A stretch of 64,000 bases of DNA from the human T2T-CHM13v2.0 reference genome, Homo sapiens: NCBI RefSeq assembly GCF_009914755.1, contig NC_060926.1; one strand, 5' to 3'. Below, piece after piece: positions 1 to 13,907 of this stretch. Both the position numbers and the translations under genes were made by a program. The notes under the pieces are model-generated. The model was not told where the DNA came from. It saw only the letters and a program-made list of their open reading frames with translations, and did no database searches. Every line of letters starts with the position of its first letter. Position 1 is the first letter of the stretch.

Positions 1-291
1 ACAATCTTGGTTATATCCTAGAGGAAGATTATTTCTTTTATCATTTATAGATAGCATTTGAGATCACAAAAGTATATTAGACATTGTTATGCCCAATCCC
101 TTTATTTGAAAAAAGAATCGAATATAGTCATGCATTAATTTAATTGACATTTATTAGGTGGCTTCTATTGGCGAAAGACTGAATTTTAATAGGCTTTCTT
201 GAGAAACCTTAGTGGTTAATGAAGGAGTTTACCACCTGGGCTCTGCCTGCTTCATGGGGTCAAGTTTAAAAAATGTTTCCAAGTGACACTC

Positions 292-712
292 TGTCTTTGT
301 CAATTTTCTGTTACTTATGACAGAATACCTGAAACTAAGCAATGGATAAAGAAGAAAAACGTATTTCATGTAATTCTGGAGGCTTGGGAAATCAAGGTCA
401 AGAGGGAACATCTGGTGAGAGCCTTCTTGCTGGTGAGGACTCTTAGCATCTTAAGGTGGCACAGGGCACCACAGGATGAGGGGGCTGTGCGAGCTTTCTC
501 AAATCTCTCTTCCTCTTATAAAGCCACCAGTTCCAATCCCGGGATAACCCACTGATTCATTAATCTATTAATCTATGAATGAATTAATCCATTCAGGAGA
601 GCAAAGTCATCATGCCCCAGTCACCTCTTAAGGGCTCCACCTCTCAATACTTACACATTAGAAATTCAACTTTAACACGATTTTTGGAGGGGACAAAATT
701 AATTAAACAGCA
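292..712 (-). mobile_element. MaLR solo LTR, MSTC-like
   Basis: Resembles the MST LTR in reverse (CATCTGGTGAGAGCCTTCTTGCTGGTG...TTATAAAGCCACCAGT...TTTTGGAGGGGACAAA); TG...CA termini. Confidence 0.8.
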
Positions 713-1577
713 CATTTTAAGTATTAAAAATGATTCAAGTAAATACTGAATTAGTCTTCTAGAAAAAGCCCTTTCATTTAGAGATAATGATGAGCTTAAA
801 TTGGAGCTGATTTTGGTATTTTAAAATTTACCAAATTATTTCTAAATGTGCCATTTATCACATCTTAGTAAGTCACAGTGAGGTGTCACTGCTTGCTTAA
901 TGGTATTTCCGGTATAATTCAGGAACACTGCAGCCATTATGCATAGCAGCCCACATTACTCTTGACAGGTAGCTATGCCTTCCGGGAACCAGGGCCTCTG
1001 CTGCTCCTGGAAGTAGCCACAGGGGTGCTCACTGTGATGTAAACACCTGCCCACCATGCTGGTAATGAGAGCCTATCACACCTGGTATCCCGTTAACAGC
1101 TGTAGGATGACCTGTCAACCATGGGCCAAATTCTGACTGATTACCACAAGGTGAAAAGTCTCAAATCCAATCAGCCATCCCATGAGCTATTCAGCCACCT
1201 GTACATGGTTAACATCTGTTATTTGACGTTTGTGATTTTTTTTTGTTTTCAAGCAATGCATTTTTTAATCAACCAATATGAATTATGAAAGGTGATGATC
1301 AATCCAGAGAAATATTATAAAAATATCTCTAACAGTGAAATTCCCATTGTAGATATTGTTGCCTTTAAAGTGCACATTTGGCTAAAATCTTAACTCTTCA
1401 GTAATAAAGGTTTTGGTAAGAGTGACATGAGGAATGTTGAAGGGTACTTGAGGACATGAAGGAAATGATAACTCTTATGAAGAAATTCTAACCATTGTAT
1501 CTACCTTAGGAAATGTAATGAAAGCAATAATTATAAATGAAAATATTTTTAAAGGTAAATGTATGCTAATTAGGGGA

Positions 1578-2008
1578 TGACATAGTTTGGATGTGGTCCC
1601 CTTTAAATTTCACATTGAATTATAATCCCCGGTGTTGGAGATGGGGCCTGACGGAAGGTGATTGGAGTATGGGGGTGGATTTCTCATGCACAGTTTAGAG
1701 CCATCCTCTTTGTACTATCTTTGCCATAGTGAGTGAATGAGTTCTCGTGAAATCTGAAATCTGGTTGTTTAAAACTTTATGGTACCTCCTTCCTCTCTCT
1801 GTCTTGCTCCTGCTTTTGCCATGTGACATATCTGCTCCTGCTTCACCTTCTACCATGAGTAAAAGCTCCCTGCGGCCTCCCCAGAAGCTGAACAGATGCT
1901 GGCACCATGCTTGTACAGCCTATAGAACTGTGAGCCAAACACCTCTTTTCTTTATGAATTACCTAGTTTCAGGTTTTTCTTTATAGCAATGCAGGAATGG
2001 GTAACATA
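1578..2008 (+). mobile_element. MaLR solo LTR, MSTB-like
   Basis: TGACATAGTTTGGATG...GGCCTCCCCAGAAGCTGAACAGATGCTGGCACCATGCTT...TTTATAGCAATGCA; perfect 5-bp TSD GGGGA at 1573-1577 and 2009-2013. Confidence 0.9.
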
Positions 2009-3639
2009 GGGGATATTATTGTTTTGAAGTACCATATAATTTTATAAGATGAGTAGTTTGATGAAATTGCTGTAAGAAGGTGGATGACTTTAATTTGGCC
2101 TTTAAATAGGTCAAACTTTCTGAGTCAATGGGAGAAGAGAGAAGAGAGAAGAGACCAGCAGCAAATCAGCATAGTAACAAAGCTACAGCAGCAAGAATTA
2201 ATTAATGTGCATGAGGAAATGGGTCTGAATAAAACAAATGGGTTGTGGAAGAGAGCAGTGGAAAGGCAACTTTTGTAGGGTAGAGGGAGTCAGAGACTTC
2301 AGAATTAATACAAGTAAAAGATAAAAGTCATTGTGAGTTTTTCAAGGAGGCCCTTGGGTGGGCCCAAAACAAGGTTCAGGAGTCTGACTAATGTTTGATC
2401 AAGAAAGCATCAAAGGAGATGGTAAGTGTTGTCAAATGTAATGTTTAAAGAAAGATGAATAAGTTTGTAAGGGTAAAACAGACTCTGTTGCACATTTTGG
2501 AATTCTGTAATTGGGAAGGTAATAATCAATATATGTAATGTATGTCAATGTTTCTCATGTTATTAGCACTCATCTAAGTAGTTGTTTTAATGCCTCTTCA
2601 CAAAAATACTCCTAGGAACAGAAAGACGTTGGAGTACGGTTTATTTCAAATTAGTGTGGTGGTATAGTTTGAAGCAGCAGGTCAAAAACATGAAATGCAT
2701 TCAATGACTTATATTTTACTGTAAAAATACATCAGATTTTTTTCTGCAATCTACTAGATATCCTGGCTAACCTTTCAAAATCTGAAAGTCTAAAGCAAGC
2801 AAAAATTAATGAAAACATCCCTTTTAAATAAACTTTATACAATAAAATGTAAATATCTTTCTTTACAACTCCACATTTCCAGATACCTCACAGTCTGAAG
2901 ACTACTGTCAACTTTTGAGACATATTGCTGTTTTTAGCTCTATGTTTGTGCCCCCTCCCCCACCCACCTCCATCAGGCCACCAAGTTATCTCAATTCATC
3001 TCCCAGGCATTGCCAAGAGAGAACATTCTACCTCTTCAGGACTCAGGTCAAAACGATGATACCTGTGGTTAGAATAAACGAAGTAATAGGAATCTGTTCT
3101 CAGATATTAATTTACATAGAACAGTGATGAAGGAGATGAGTATGTAATAATCCAAATGTTCTTGAGCACAAATATTAGGGTTTATATAAAACTAAAACCT
3201 CCTTTTTTTGTTGTTGTTATTGTTATCAGCCTTCTTGTCATTGTTGCGTCTTCTAATTTTATTCTGATTTCTAACCAGTATCTACATTTTGGGTGGTTTC
3301 ACATTGTTGCCCACTTCCATTTCCAAACTAAGATTTTATATCCTGTTTATATTATAACCACTGTAACTTGGTGTCTAAGCTCCCCTTGCTTGGCACCTGT
3401 TCACTCCTCCCCCTATAATGCTAATCTATCATTTTTTTTTCCACTAAGGTTGTGCAAACCATTCCATATGTTCTTGAGCCAAAATATATAAAGGATCAGC
3501 AGTTATTGTTTTCAGCTGGTGTTAAATTGGCCTATGTGTATTTTCAGAATTCTTGTACTCATAGTGCCATTTTTGATATAAGCTGCTATTTCTCTGTCAA
3601 GTAAGTCTACTTATTTCTGCAATGCTATTTGAACTCAAC

Positions 3640-5060
3640 ATTCATTCCTCCTTTATTGTGGATTATCGGCTGAAAGTGTGTGCACATTTTAGAGGACACT
3701 GCTAGGTTAACTTCCAAATACTTTACATCAGTTTGTAGTTCCTGTAATCATGTAGGAGAATGACTATTTCCTATCTGTCATTACACTAGATAACATTTTT
3801 AAAAATTATTTTAACCCTTAGTGGTATAAAATTGTTTCTCAAAATGTTTAATTTACATTTACTGAACTGTTGGAGAGTTTCATGTTTTTATTGGCCGTTT
3901 GAAATTCTTTTTTTGTAAAATATCCCTTCATAGCCTTTACTATATTTTCTAAGTGATGATTGCCATTTCCTCATTGATATATAAGGGTACTATGTAACTA
4001 TAGATAGAGAAGTTTTCTAGTATATGTATTTCAAATATTGTGTCCCTGACTACAGTTTGTAAATTTTGTATACAGAAAATTTTGTCATATAGGTTATTAG
4101 AAATATATCTAGTCATAGTAAATGTCTCCTTGATTTGGGGTTTTGCTCAGGCATGTCTTCCTCACTGTGAGAATATTTTGAAGTCTTTGAAGTCATTCAT
4201 TTTCTTCTGATTAATATCTTTTTTTTTTTTTTTTTTTTTAGACAGAGTCTGTCACCAGGCTGGAGTGCAGTGGTGTGATCTCGGTTCACTGTAACCTCTG
4301 CCTCCCAGGTTTCAAGCAATTCTCCTGCCTCAGCCTCCCAAGTAGCTAGGACTACAGGCATGCACCACCATGCCCAGCTAATTTTTGTATTTTTAATAGA
4401 AACAAGGTTTCACCATGTTGGCCAGGGTGGTCTCAATCTCCTGACTTCGTGATCCACCCACCTTGGCCTCCCAAAGTGCTGAGATTATAGGCGTGAGCCA
4501 CTGTACTCAGCCATATCTTTTTAATTCGCGTATTAAATTCCATTTGGAATTCATATTCATGTTTGAAATTAGGAAGAGGTTTAACTATATACACACACAA
4601 AACACACATTGACATATATTTACAAATAAACAATTGTATAAATTCCTTTATTGAAAAACTCGTATTTTCCAAGTTGGTTGAGTCACCATTATCATATATT
4701 AAATGATCATACATGTATGGTTCTGCTTATATTTATTTCTCTACACTAGGTAGAATATTTAATAATGTTGGAACAGATACCACTGTCTTGTTCTGGCCTT
4801 ATTAAAAATGTCTTTATACTCGAGAAGCAATATGATGTTTGATATTGATCTTAGATAATTATGTTTCATAATATTCAGAAATTCATTTAGTCCAATTGTA
4901 TCTTGGTAATTTTATAAAAAATGTGTGCTGTATATTATCAATATTTTTGTGTCTACTATATATTCATAATTTCTCCCCATTATTTGCTAACTTGATGATA
5001 AATGTTTGTTTTCTCATACTTATCCATCCTTGAATTGCTAAAATTGAATATGTTTGGTCA
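3640..5060 (-). mobile_element. Highly decayed old L1 (L1ME-like), interrupted by an Alu
   Basis: T-rich antisense L1 3'/ORF2-like motifs (TTTATTGGCCGTTTGAAATTCTTTTTTTGTAAAAT; TCCATTTGGAATT; ATCCATCCTTGAATTGCT). Boundaries approximate. Confidence 0.55.
4219..4512 (-). mobile_element. Alu (AluSc-like)
   Basis: Full antisense Alu with poly(T); short GTCACCAGGC and CTGACTTCGTGATCC forms; TSD ATATCTTTTT. Confidence 0.95.
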
Positions 5061-5236
5061 CATTTTTGCATTTCTAATGGGGCATGGATACATCTGTTAC
5101 AAATTTAGATGCTATATTTAACTATGAAAAAATGTTTTTTAATAAAGGACCCATAAAACAAACATGCTTCTCAAATGATTAGTGAAATATGTATGCATTT
5201 ACAATATAAATAAAATAGTTGCAAAATTATCAGAAT

Positions 5237-5843
<607 letters not shown>

Positions 5844-5857
5844 AATTCTCAGAATTT

Positions 5858-5893
5858 TATACGCATGTGTGCACACACACGTGTGCACACACA
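5858..5893. repeat. Alternating purine-pyrimidine tract
   Basis: TATACGCATGTGTGCACACACACGTGTGCACACACA, 36 bp of uninterrupted alternation. Confidence 0.85.
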
Positions 5894-6058
5894 GAGACTC
5901 ACACAGATTCTCTTTAACCATGAAAGTCTAAAGAGCAGTTATGAAAAGAAATAGGTTATGGAATAAATTTTAGCAGAGCATGACTCTTTATAAATAATGC
6001 AGTGTGAAATTTTAGAGAAAAATTTAGCTTAAAAAATCCTAGGAATTTAGCTTTGTGC

Positions 6059-6525
6059 TGTCAACGTAAATAATAGAAGGAGGCTGTCTAAAAGAAAATA
6101 ATGGGTATCAGGGAATAGATCACTGCAATGGAATACATATGTCATAGTAAACTGAATATTCAGGGAGGAAAATAGAAACAAAGGTCTTTAAGGAAAAAGA
6201 GGAGGAGGATTACCTAATTATCCTTGGGTACAAAGATCAATAAGGAGGGTCACAGTAGTCAAAGGTTGGACAGGCAGTGGCTGAGATGTCCTTGCAAAAG
6301 AGAAAGTATTTTTGTGTAAGATTGGTATGGTCTGTGTGCAAGGTTGTGGGTTTTGCAGTCTTTTATGATAATTCTTTTGTGATCTTTTTTTTAAATCCGT
6401 CGTTTATGTATGAGAATTCTCTTCACGATCTTTTTTGGCTCTATTCGACAGGAACTCCCCAACCCCCACCCCCTAACACACACACACATACAAGTAACTT
6501 CACTTTGATTCTGATAACTTTCACA
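6059..6525 (-). mobile_element. 3' LTR of the MER65-type provirus
   Basis: Reads TGTGAAAGTTATCAGAATCAAAGTG on the minus strand; aligns by eye with 12058-12514; contains a C-rich/(CA)n expansion at about 6457-6491. Confidence 0.88.
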
Positions 6526-6537
6526 TTTCCTCCTTTT
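6526..6537 (-). other. Retroviral polypurine tract
   Basis: AAAAGGAGGAAA on the minus strand immediately before the 3' LTR. Confidence 0.8.
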
Positions 6538-8439
6538 GATCAAGATCTTTCTTCAAAAGCATCACTAATCAATCATCCCATAGTTATGTTTGGATGTTCC
6601 TTGGTGTCAGGATGGACCTGTCCTGAGTTGCTGGTCTTATCCCACATTGGAAGGACTGAATGGTGGGTAGGAGTCAGTGTTAAAATGCTTTTAGCCACAT
6701 TTGAGCAACATGGGAGGATTGAAAGGAGTGACTCGGAGACTAATTCTACCGGGAGTCTGTTATTAAGTTCAATTATATCTGTTCCATAGTTTCATAAAGT
6801 GCTGGGCCAGCATTATTCTCTTAGGAGTTGGTGTCTGCAAAAACTTTAAAAGTTACAGATACAGAGTTTTAAAAGGAAAAATGAAAAGAAAAATTAATAG
6901 TAATATGACAGTCCTAGTTTTATAATAGTTTTGAGATATGAACTGAGGCTGAAAGGCAGCCAAATGAATAAATTAAAGGGCCTTCAGCTTGCCAAGTGGA
7001 AAAGTGGGCACTAAGATGGTTAAGAGTCTCATTATAACATGTGCTGGGAAACATCTTGGGAAAAGCTGTCTAATGGGTGAAAACTTCAACTTATTTTCCA
7101 GGTTTGTAGTTTGATGTCTCTGGTTATGGCATTGGGTGGGTTTGTGAATATTTGTGTGACCCTGGACATCAGGCTTGAGAATTGTTTCGAAAAATGCATC
7201 TAGTTTCAGCTTATAGGGCTTCAGAAACAGAGCAGTTTTCATTTTTGTTAATTCTGTGGAAGAAAATTAAATTGGAGGAAATGAAGAGTTTAGGATTTAG
7301 TCTATTCTATTGGTGAAGAAGAACTTGAAAACAATGCACAGGGCTACAGTCTAATATCAGGTATATAATAGCTTTTCTTTAAAAACATTTCTTCTGTCTA
7401 CATTAATCACATAGGAATCTCAGATTTAAAAACTTGTTGATACTAGAAAGCCAAACGAAAGCAGACTTCAGATTTTACCAGGTTCCAGGCCTTCGAGGAA
7501 GTTACAGTTTTTATGTTATCACTATAAGGCTGGAAATCCTTGAAGCCAGGTATTCCATGCACTCAAATACAATATTTTAGTCTAAGCCTTGGTAATATAA
7601 CCAGTGTTTTCACTTGCATCCTGTTACAATGAGAGGGATGATTTTTATTAGATATATGCAAATAATCATATTGCCATAAAAATACTCATGAGTAGTTTCT
7701 GAATTATGGAGAAATCAAGTAGGTAAAAAAAGACAAATGCTCTCATCTTTGTTTACAGAAATATATTTTAACTGCTGTAAACTATATTTAGCTTAAGAAA
7801 GAAAATTTTCTTAAATGTGGAAAACATAACATTTAAGTGAAAAACCAATGTGTCAAGTAAAAGTCATAAAAACATTACCATCATCAATTATTCAATTATT
7901 TCATAGAAAAGCAATTTTGGCTGTAGCTGATTACAGATGCTTTTAGAGAAAAATTAAAAAATAACCATAGATTAAAAAAACTTTTAATAGCCATGGTTAA
8001 ACTCAAATGAAAGTTCACCATTGACCATAGAATTTAGTTATTTCTGTTATATACAACCTTTTATGTAATAACCAGAATCATGACAGTTGGAGAACCAGAT
8101 CATCAAATGTTTATAAATTTTATATCATCTTTAGATTAGACACATAATATTTCCATACAACGTAACTTTAAAGAAGATTTAACATAATAAAGTTATAACT
8201 AATAACATTAGATTTTATGAATTTACATAATTTTTGAAACAATTATATCAATATTAACCCATAAATGTAACTGAAAAAATACCTAGACTTATTTATCATT
8301 TGACAATGTTTCCCATACAATCTACCAAACTAGGCCTGATAATTTACTGTATCCACAAGATGAGGAATACATTCTTGAGGCTCTCCAGGACTCCAACTTG
8401 AAAATCCCAAAGTCAATCCTAGGTCACATAAGACTTAAT

Positions 8440-8738
8440 TTTTAATTTTTTGTGATTTAAAAGATACCTTTATTGAGGTACAGTCAATATACAAAGAACA
8501 ACATTTAACATGTGCAATTTGATGAATTTGGATATAAACACCTGATACCATCACCAAATTTGCAATGATAGACGTATCATATCCAACACTTCCTAACGTT
8601 TCCTTGTGTTCCTTTGTTTTCATTTTTGTTTTTTTGTGGTAAGAACACTTCACATGAGATCCTCTCTCAACAAATTTTTAAGTGTACAATACTTTATTAT
8701 TATCTATAAAGAATATTTAATACAGCAAGTCTATAGAA
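8440..8738 (-). mobile_element. 5'-truncated L1 3' end (L1MA9/10-L1MB1-like) inserted in the provirus
   Basis: TTTATTGAGGTA...TTTTGTGGTAAGAACACTTCACATGAGATC...TTTTAAGTGTACAATAC is typical L1MA/MB 3' UTR; ERV internal sequence resumes at TAGAATTTGA. Confidence 0.8.
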
Positions 8739-11700
8739 TTTGATCTTGGGAAGGTCTGCCAAAGATGTCAAAACTGTTTAAAACACTTGATCATGACAGG
8801 ATCAGAGGTTAGTGTGAAATAGCAATAATTTAAGCAGAGGGATAATTGAAAGCTTCATAAGCAATACAGAAAGTTACATAGATTTATAAAATCTTAACCT
8901 TTTCAAAGCTCAGTTTTCTTAAGTAATCAATAATGTAGAAAAGAGAACACAGGGCATTATCTTAATAAAACACAAAAAATTATTATTTTTAGGTTTGTTA
9001 CCAAAAAGGTAAAGGAAAACCTCTTGTACTGTGATTACTTCTCCTTATTGGGAGTCTATTCCATTTAGATAACCTGGAAGTCAACCTGATAAAAAAGAGC
9101 AGTTGAATTTATCAGACACAGGAAGAGTGTGTTCAAGGTTATGCATGTATACCAGATTCTAGAGGAATGTAAACAAGAACACTAATACCTTGATCAGGGG
9201 AACACGTAACCTTTAGTAACAGCATGGAAAGTATTCTGCTTAAATGAAACAATTCAGACACATCAAGAAAAATCAAGTGTATGGTACCAAGTTACACTGG
9301 AGGAAAACTTTGCTTTCCTAGGCCTTCGTGATACACATTTCAGCATTAGGTCAAAACAGTAAAATTAGAACAGCAGAAGAAGGTTATGTGACCTGACAAA
9401 AAGGTAAAAGGAAAGAGAGATTATCCCAGTCCTCTTCGGGAAAAAGAACTAAAAGTAATGATCCATGAACTATAAATAATATACTGTTAATTACAGAAAA
9501 AAATTAAAGTTTTGAGGTATATATCTGAGAAGCTTCAAGAAGAAATCTCTGCTGCAAGAAATGAGATTACTCTGCTGAATAAAAAAGGATAGCATTTTGT
9601 ATTTGAAACTAGAAAAAAATAATTAAAATTAACTAGGAGATACATGGCAGAAATAGAATCTGCCTTCAGTTGAAAAGATGGCTATTAAACAGATTTGTAA
9701 AATAGAAATCAATACCTGTTCCAGTTTTGCTAAGAGCAGATTAATACTTCAAGAAAACCCTGTTGTAATATAGGGGACCAAATTTTCAGTTTTGTCTTAG
9801 TGTATTTTTACTATCAAAGCTCAAACTTTTGAATGGCATATAAATAATTTTCTTCTAATTATAGCCAACTTGATCACATGCAAAATTACTTTGAAAAACA
9901 AAGGAATGACAATGTGAAATTAGTCTTACTTACCAATCAACAAAGATTCTGTTTTAGGCTGGGTTTATAGTCTTAAAACCTTTGTGTCAAACCCTAACTG
10001 CTTAAAATATCTAGCAGAGACAAATAGAAAATTATATGTATGACCCATAAACCCAGGAAAAATTATGCTATTTTGAATATATTTCTATTTGTATTTTTCC
10101 AACAAGTTTAAGACCAAATTATTTATTAAAGATTAACTCAAATTGGGTGAAGTAAAAGGCATTTGAGTTAATTACTACATATTTTACATGAGTGCTCATT
10201 TATTTAAGCCAAGCTGGATAGGATTTCTTAGGGATTTCTGGCTAACAATGCCAGATTTTACCATTTAAACACAATATAACATAATGTATGTGCATAACTA
10301 TAAACACCTTTACACACACACACATACACAGAGATCTTATAGCTTTCATTTAGAATTTTAGTCACAAGGCAATAAACATAGCAATACAAATTAACTTGTT
10401 TACAAAAGATAGTTGTATCCAAATACTTCTGACAAAATAGGATCAGTTCACGTGAACAAAATTTCTTTGCTCCAATAGGTAACCTAATGAAGACAGTGGA
10501 TTGCAATTTTGGATAAAGCAGTTTTCATAGCATTTTAAATTTAAAATGTTTTTTAGTCAGTTTCAAATAAGTTGAGGTTAAATCTTTAAAATTTACATTT
10601 TAGCTAGAACCAGTTGAACTGTGGAAGAGAAACAAAATCCTCAAATAATCTGAATTTTTCAGGAACAAATCTATCTTTTGTTTGCTATTGGTTTGCTTAA
10701 CTAGTCAAAATGGGCAGGGAAGCATTTTAGCAGTTTCTTTTCTTTTTTCTTTCTTTTTTGCCCTTGCATGGCAGAACAATTAATTTCTATGCCTGACTGA
10801 AACAATGTATATTATTACTCTGATATCAAGATTTTGACCTATTTGATCTGAAAGCCTAACTTTTATAAACATTTATCTAGTTCTTTTTTCGTTGACTATC
10901 AAGCCTTCAATTAACTGTTCTATCACCCTAGCAAGTATTAGGTAAACCTAAATTTACATTTCCAAAATGTGTTTGGGTTGTTGATTAACATGGAGCTCTT
11001 GTAATTTGTAAAACCACTAATTTAAAAGCCCTTTAGGATTTTATGTTTAATATTGGCTGGAATACCATAAGCAGTGAGTTTTATTTCAACACCAGTAGAC
11101 CTGTCTGGAGATTCAAAATGGCAGAAAAACAAACAAACAAAACAGTTATAAAGAACATAGAAGGCTCTACATGTTAACTCTGGAGTTATGTGCATTTGAT
11201 ACTTGTTTTGCAGGTTTTTGTAAGAGAATTTGAATAGTGACCATTTTAACTCTGAACCTTCCTTGATGTAATTTGTCCATAAATTAAAAATGAACACAAG
11301 AATGAACTACGCTGTGTAGCTGGCTAGAGTCACATAAAACTTTGGCATTCCATAATGTTTGAGAATCCCATTGTATTTCCTATTGATTTTCTGAAAGAAG
11401 TGAAAAATTTTATAAATCCTGTCAGAGTGGCAGAAATTTGGACCTGTCTTTTAGATGGTGGTGACTGACGAGTCACTTTGCATTAGCCACCACGTGTACA
11501 TCATTTAGAGAGTTTATTTCTGCTCTCAGAGGATTTTTAGAAACAAGCAAAGGAAAAGAGCCAAATAATTTATGAATGCATGTAACTAAATTAAAATAAA
11601 ATAATAAAGAGTGTTCGCAGAAAATTTAACCCAGGCGTACAGATCAAACAAAATATTAAATTAGGCATGCAGAGAGAACCAAAAGTAACTACACCAGAAA

Positions 11701-12035
11701 ATTCATGCCTCACAGGCAGAACAAATTCTGTAAAAACCAGACTGCTCCAACCAGAAAGACACTTGTTTTCATACCTGAAAGAACTTGCCAGAAAATACAA
11801 AAAGTATTTTATTATCCCAAGAAGGATGTAAAGATTTTTGTTAAGGCAGGCTTATAACCAAATCAAATCTCAAATAAACTGAAAACCTCCTATCGAAAGA
11901 GGGAGGCTCAGTCTGAGAGAATACTCACCTGGGGAGAAAAGGTGAGTTGTGGAAACAAAGAGCTCAAAGGTTTCAAATGAGTACCTCACACAAGTTTCAA
12001 GAATCAACAATTTTTTTTTAGTGATTTTTCTTAAG

Positions 12036-12053
12036 ATCCCGTTTTTGACACAA
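12036..12053 (-). other. Degenerate primer-binding site, tRNA-Leu-like
   Basis: Minus strand TTGTGTCAAAAACGGGAT versus tRNA-Leu PBS TGGTGTCAGAAGTGGGAT (14/18), 4 nt downstream of the 5' LTR. Confidence 0.65.
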
Positions 12054-12057
12054 TTTA

Positions 12058-12514
12058 TGTCAACCTAAATAACAAATAGAGATGATCTAAAAGAAAATGA
12101 TATTTATTTAAGAATAGGACATTGCAATGAAAATATGTGTGTCATAGTAGCATATGTGTGTATTCAGGGAGGTAAAGGAAGACAAAGTTTTTTAAAGGAA
12201 GAATGAGGAGGATTACATTACTGTCTAGAGATAATTATCCTTGACTACAAGCATCAATGACAAGGGTTACATCATTCTAAGTTTGGACAGGCAGTTGCTG
12301 GGCAGATGTCCTTTCAGAAGTGCTTTTTGTGTAAGGCTGTGATGACCTGTGTGCAGTGTTGTAATTTTTCCAGTGTTTTACGACAGTATTTGTTATCAGG
12401 CATTTATGCATGAGAACTCGCCCTTCATGGCCTTGTCCAGCTCTATTTGTCAGGGTTTTTTTTGCGAGGGGCTTTAACACAAATGACTCCATTTTGATGC
12501 TGACAATTTTCACA
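12058..12514 (-). mobile_element. 5' LTR of the MER65-type provirus
   Basis: Minus strand TGTGAAAATTGTCAGCATCAAAATGGAGTCA...CCCTGACAAATAGAGC...GGACATCTGCCCAGCAACTGCCTGTCCAA resembles MER65. Confidence 0.9.
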
Positions 12515-13391
12515 GTGCTTCTACTATTGAAAAAAAGACAAAAAATTCCAAGCCACATTTCTTTTCTATTATGTTATAGTTAAAAGCTCTATTCACTTCA
12601 GTGCTCTTTTGAAAGTGATATAACTTCCTGACTTTTCTTCCACCACTTCTCCTCATTCTCTTGCTTCTTTAAAAAATCCTCTTGGCTTTTGTAATCTGAT
12701 TCTGTTAAGTGTGGGCCAAGGCAATAATGAGATGGGATCCAACAGTAAGCTGTGAATAGAGGCAATTTCAAAGACAGTAAGATGGGTTTCAAGTCCTGTC
12801 TTGGGGTCATGATGCCAGGTACTCTCAGGGCAGATGGGTGACTCTACATAATCAGAAGTTGAGTCATGACATAGGACCCATCCATGGGCAATGCTGGCTC
12901 AAGGGCATGATGACTGAAGCATCTCTTGAGAGTCACCTAGTGTTGCTGGTGAAGCATGCAGGATGAGTTGACTCAGTTGTTTGTCCTCTCAGATCAATTT
13001 GCTTCTTGGTATATGCTTTGAAAACCTGAACACTGAGGCATACCAGACATGATCAGGCTTGTATATTCAGTTTTAATTCTCTCTCTTGGAATCCACAGTC
13101 TTAGCATACACAATTTTACCCCAAGAAGAAAGAAACATTCTCAGAGTTCAGCTGTTTTGCAAAGGGAACTATTTTGCCATTCTTCAAACAATTGCCACAC
13201 TGGAATTAAAGTGTTGAAATCTTCTCATTGTCTTCTAGGAAGAAACCATTACCAAGATACCTGTCCCTCGTGTTTCACTGTGCAGTCTTGGAACTGCTCC
13301 AGATTCCAAAAATCTTATATATAGTCAAAATAAATATAATAACATAATTTTACTTAAAACGTATCTCTTTTTTTCTTGTTTAAAAAGTATA

Positions 13392-13684
13392 TAGTTGGCC
13401 CTCTGTATCCATGGGTTTTACATCTGTGGACTCAACCAAGCATAAATCAAAAATTTAAAAAAAACAACAGCAACAATACAACTGAACATACAAATAAAAA
13501 TACAGTATAAAAACTATTTACATTGTATTATTATAAGTATCTACAGATGATTTAAAGTACACAGGAGGATGTGCATTGATTATATGCAAATACTACATTA
13601 TATTATATAAGAAACTTGAGCATCTTAAATTTTGGTTTCTGAAGGGGCACTTAGAACCAATCCTTTATGGACACAAAGAAACTA
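13392..13684 (+). mobile_element. MER2/MER2B (TcMar-Tigger non-autonomous DNA transposon)
   Basis: AGTTGGCCCTCTGTATCCATGGGTT...GATGATTTAAAGTACACAGGAGGATGTGCA...GAACCAATCC; TA flanks. Confidence 0.85.
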
Positions 13685-13907
13685 TAGCAAGAAACTTATT
13701 AGGTATCAGAAAGATATGGAAGGCAAATTGAAGTAATAACATTTCTATATTCCTCTGAGGCATTGAGCATATTCATAAGTGAGACTAAGTGTGTTTTCTT
13801 TTCTCTGTTCTCTTCCTTTTCTTTGTCCTCCCTCTTTCTCTTCTCCCTTTCTCTCTTCTCTTATTGTCAATATTTTAAAAATTTTTTGTGTGCTGCCAGA
13901 CATTTTA

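Larger units (their letters stand above)
6059..12514 (-). mobile_element. Complete non-autonomous ERV1 provirus, MER65-type (LTR-internal-LTR, MER4 group)
   Basis: Two homologous ~460-bp direct repeats (TGTCAAC...TTTCACA); perfect 4-bp TSD GTGC at 6055-6058 and 12515-12518; PPT and PBS in the expected places; AT-rich internal region with no recognisable retroviral ORF. Confidence 0.9.

Noticed and set aside
6277-6789. 170-aa ORF
   Set aside because: Runs antisense through the MER65 LTR and a (CA)n/C-rich tract; no recognisable domain.
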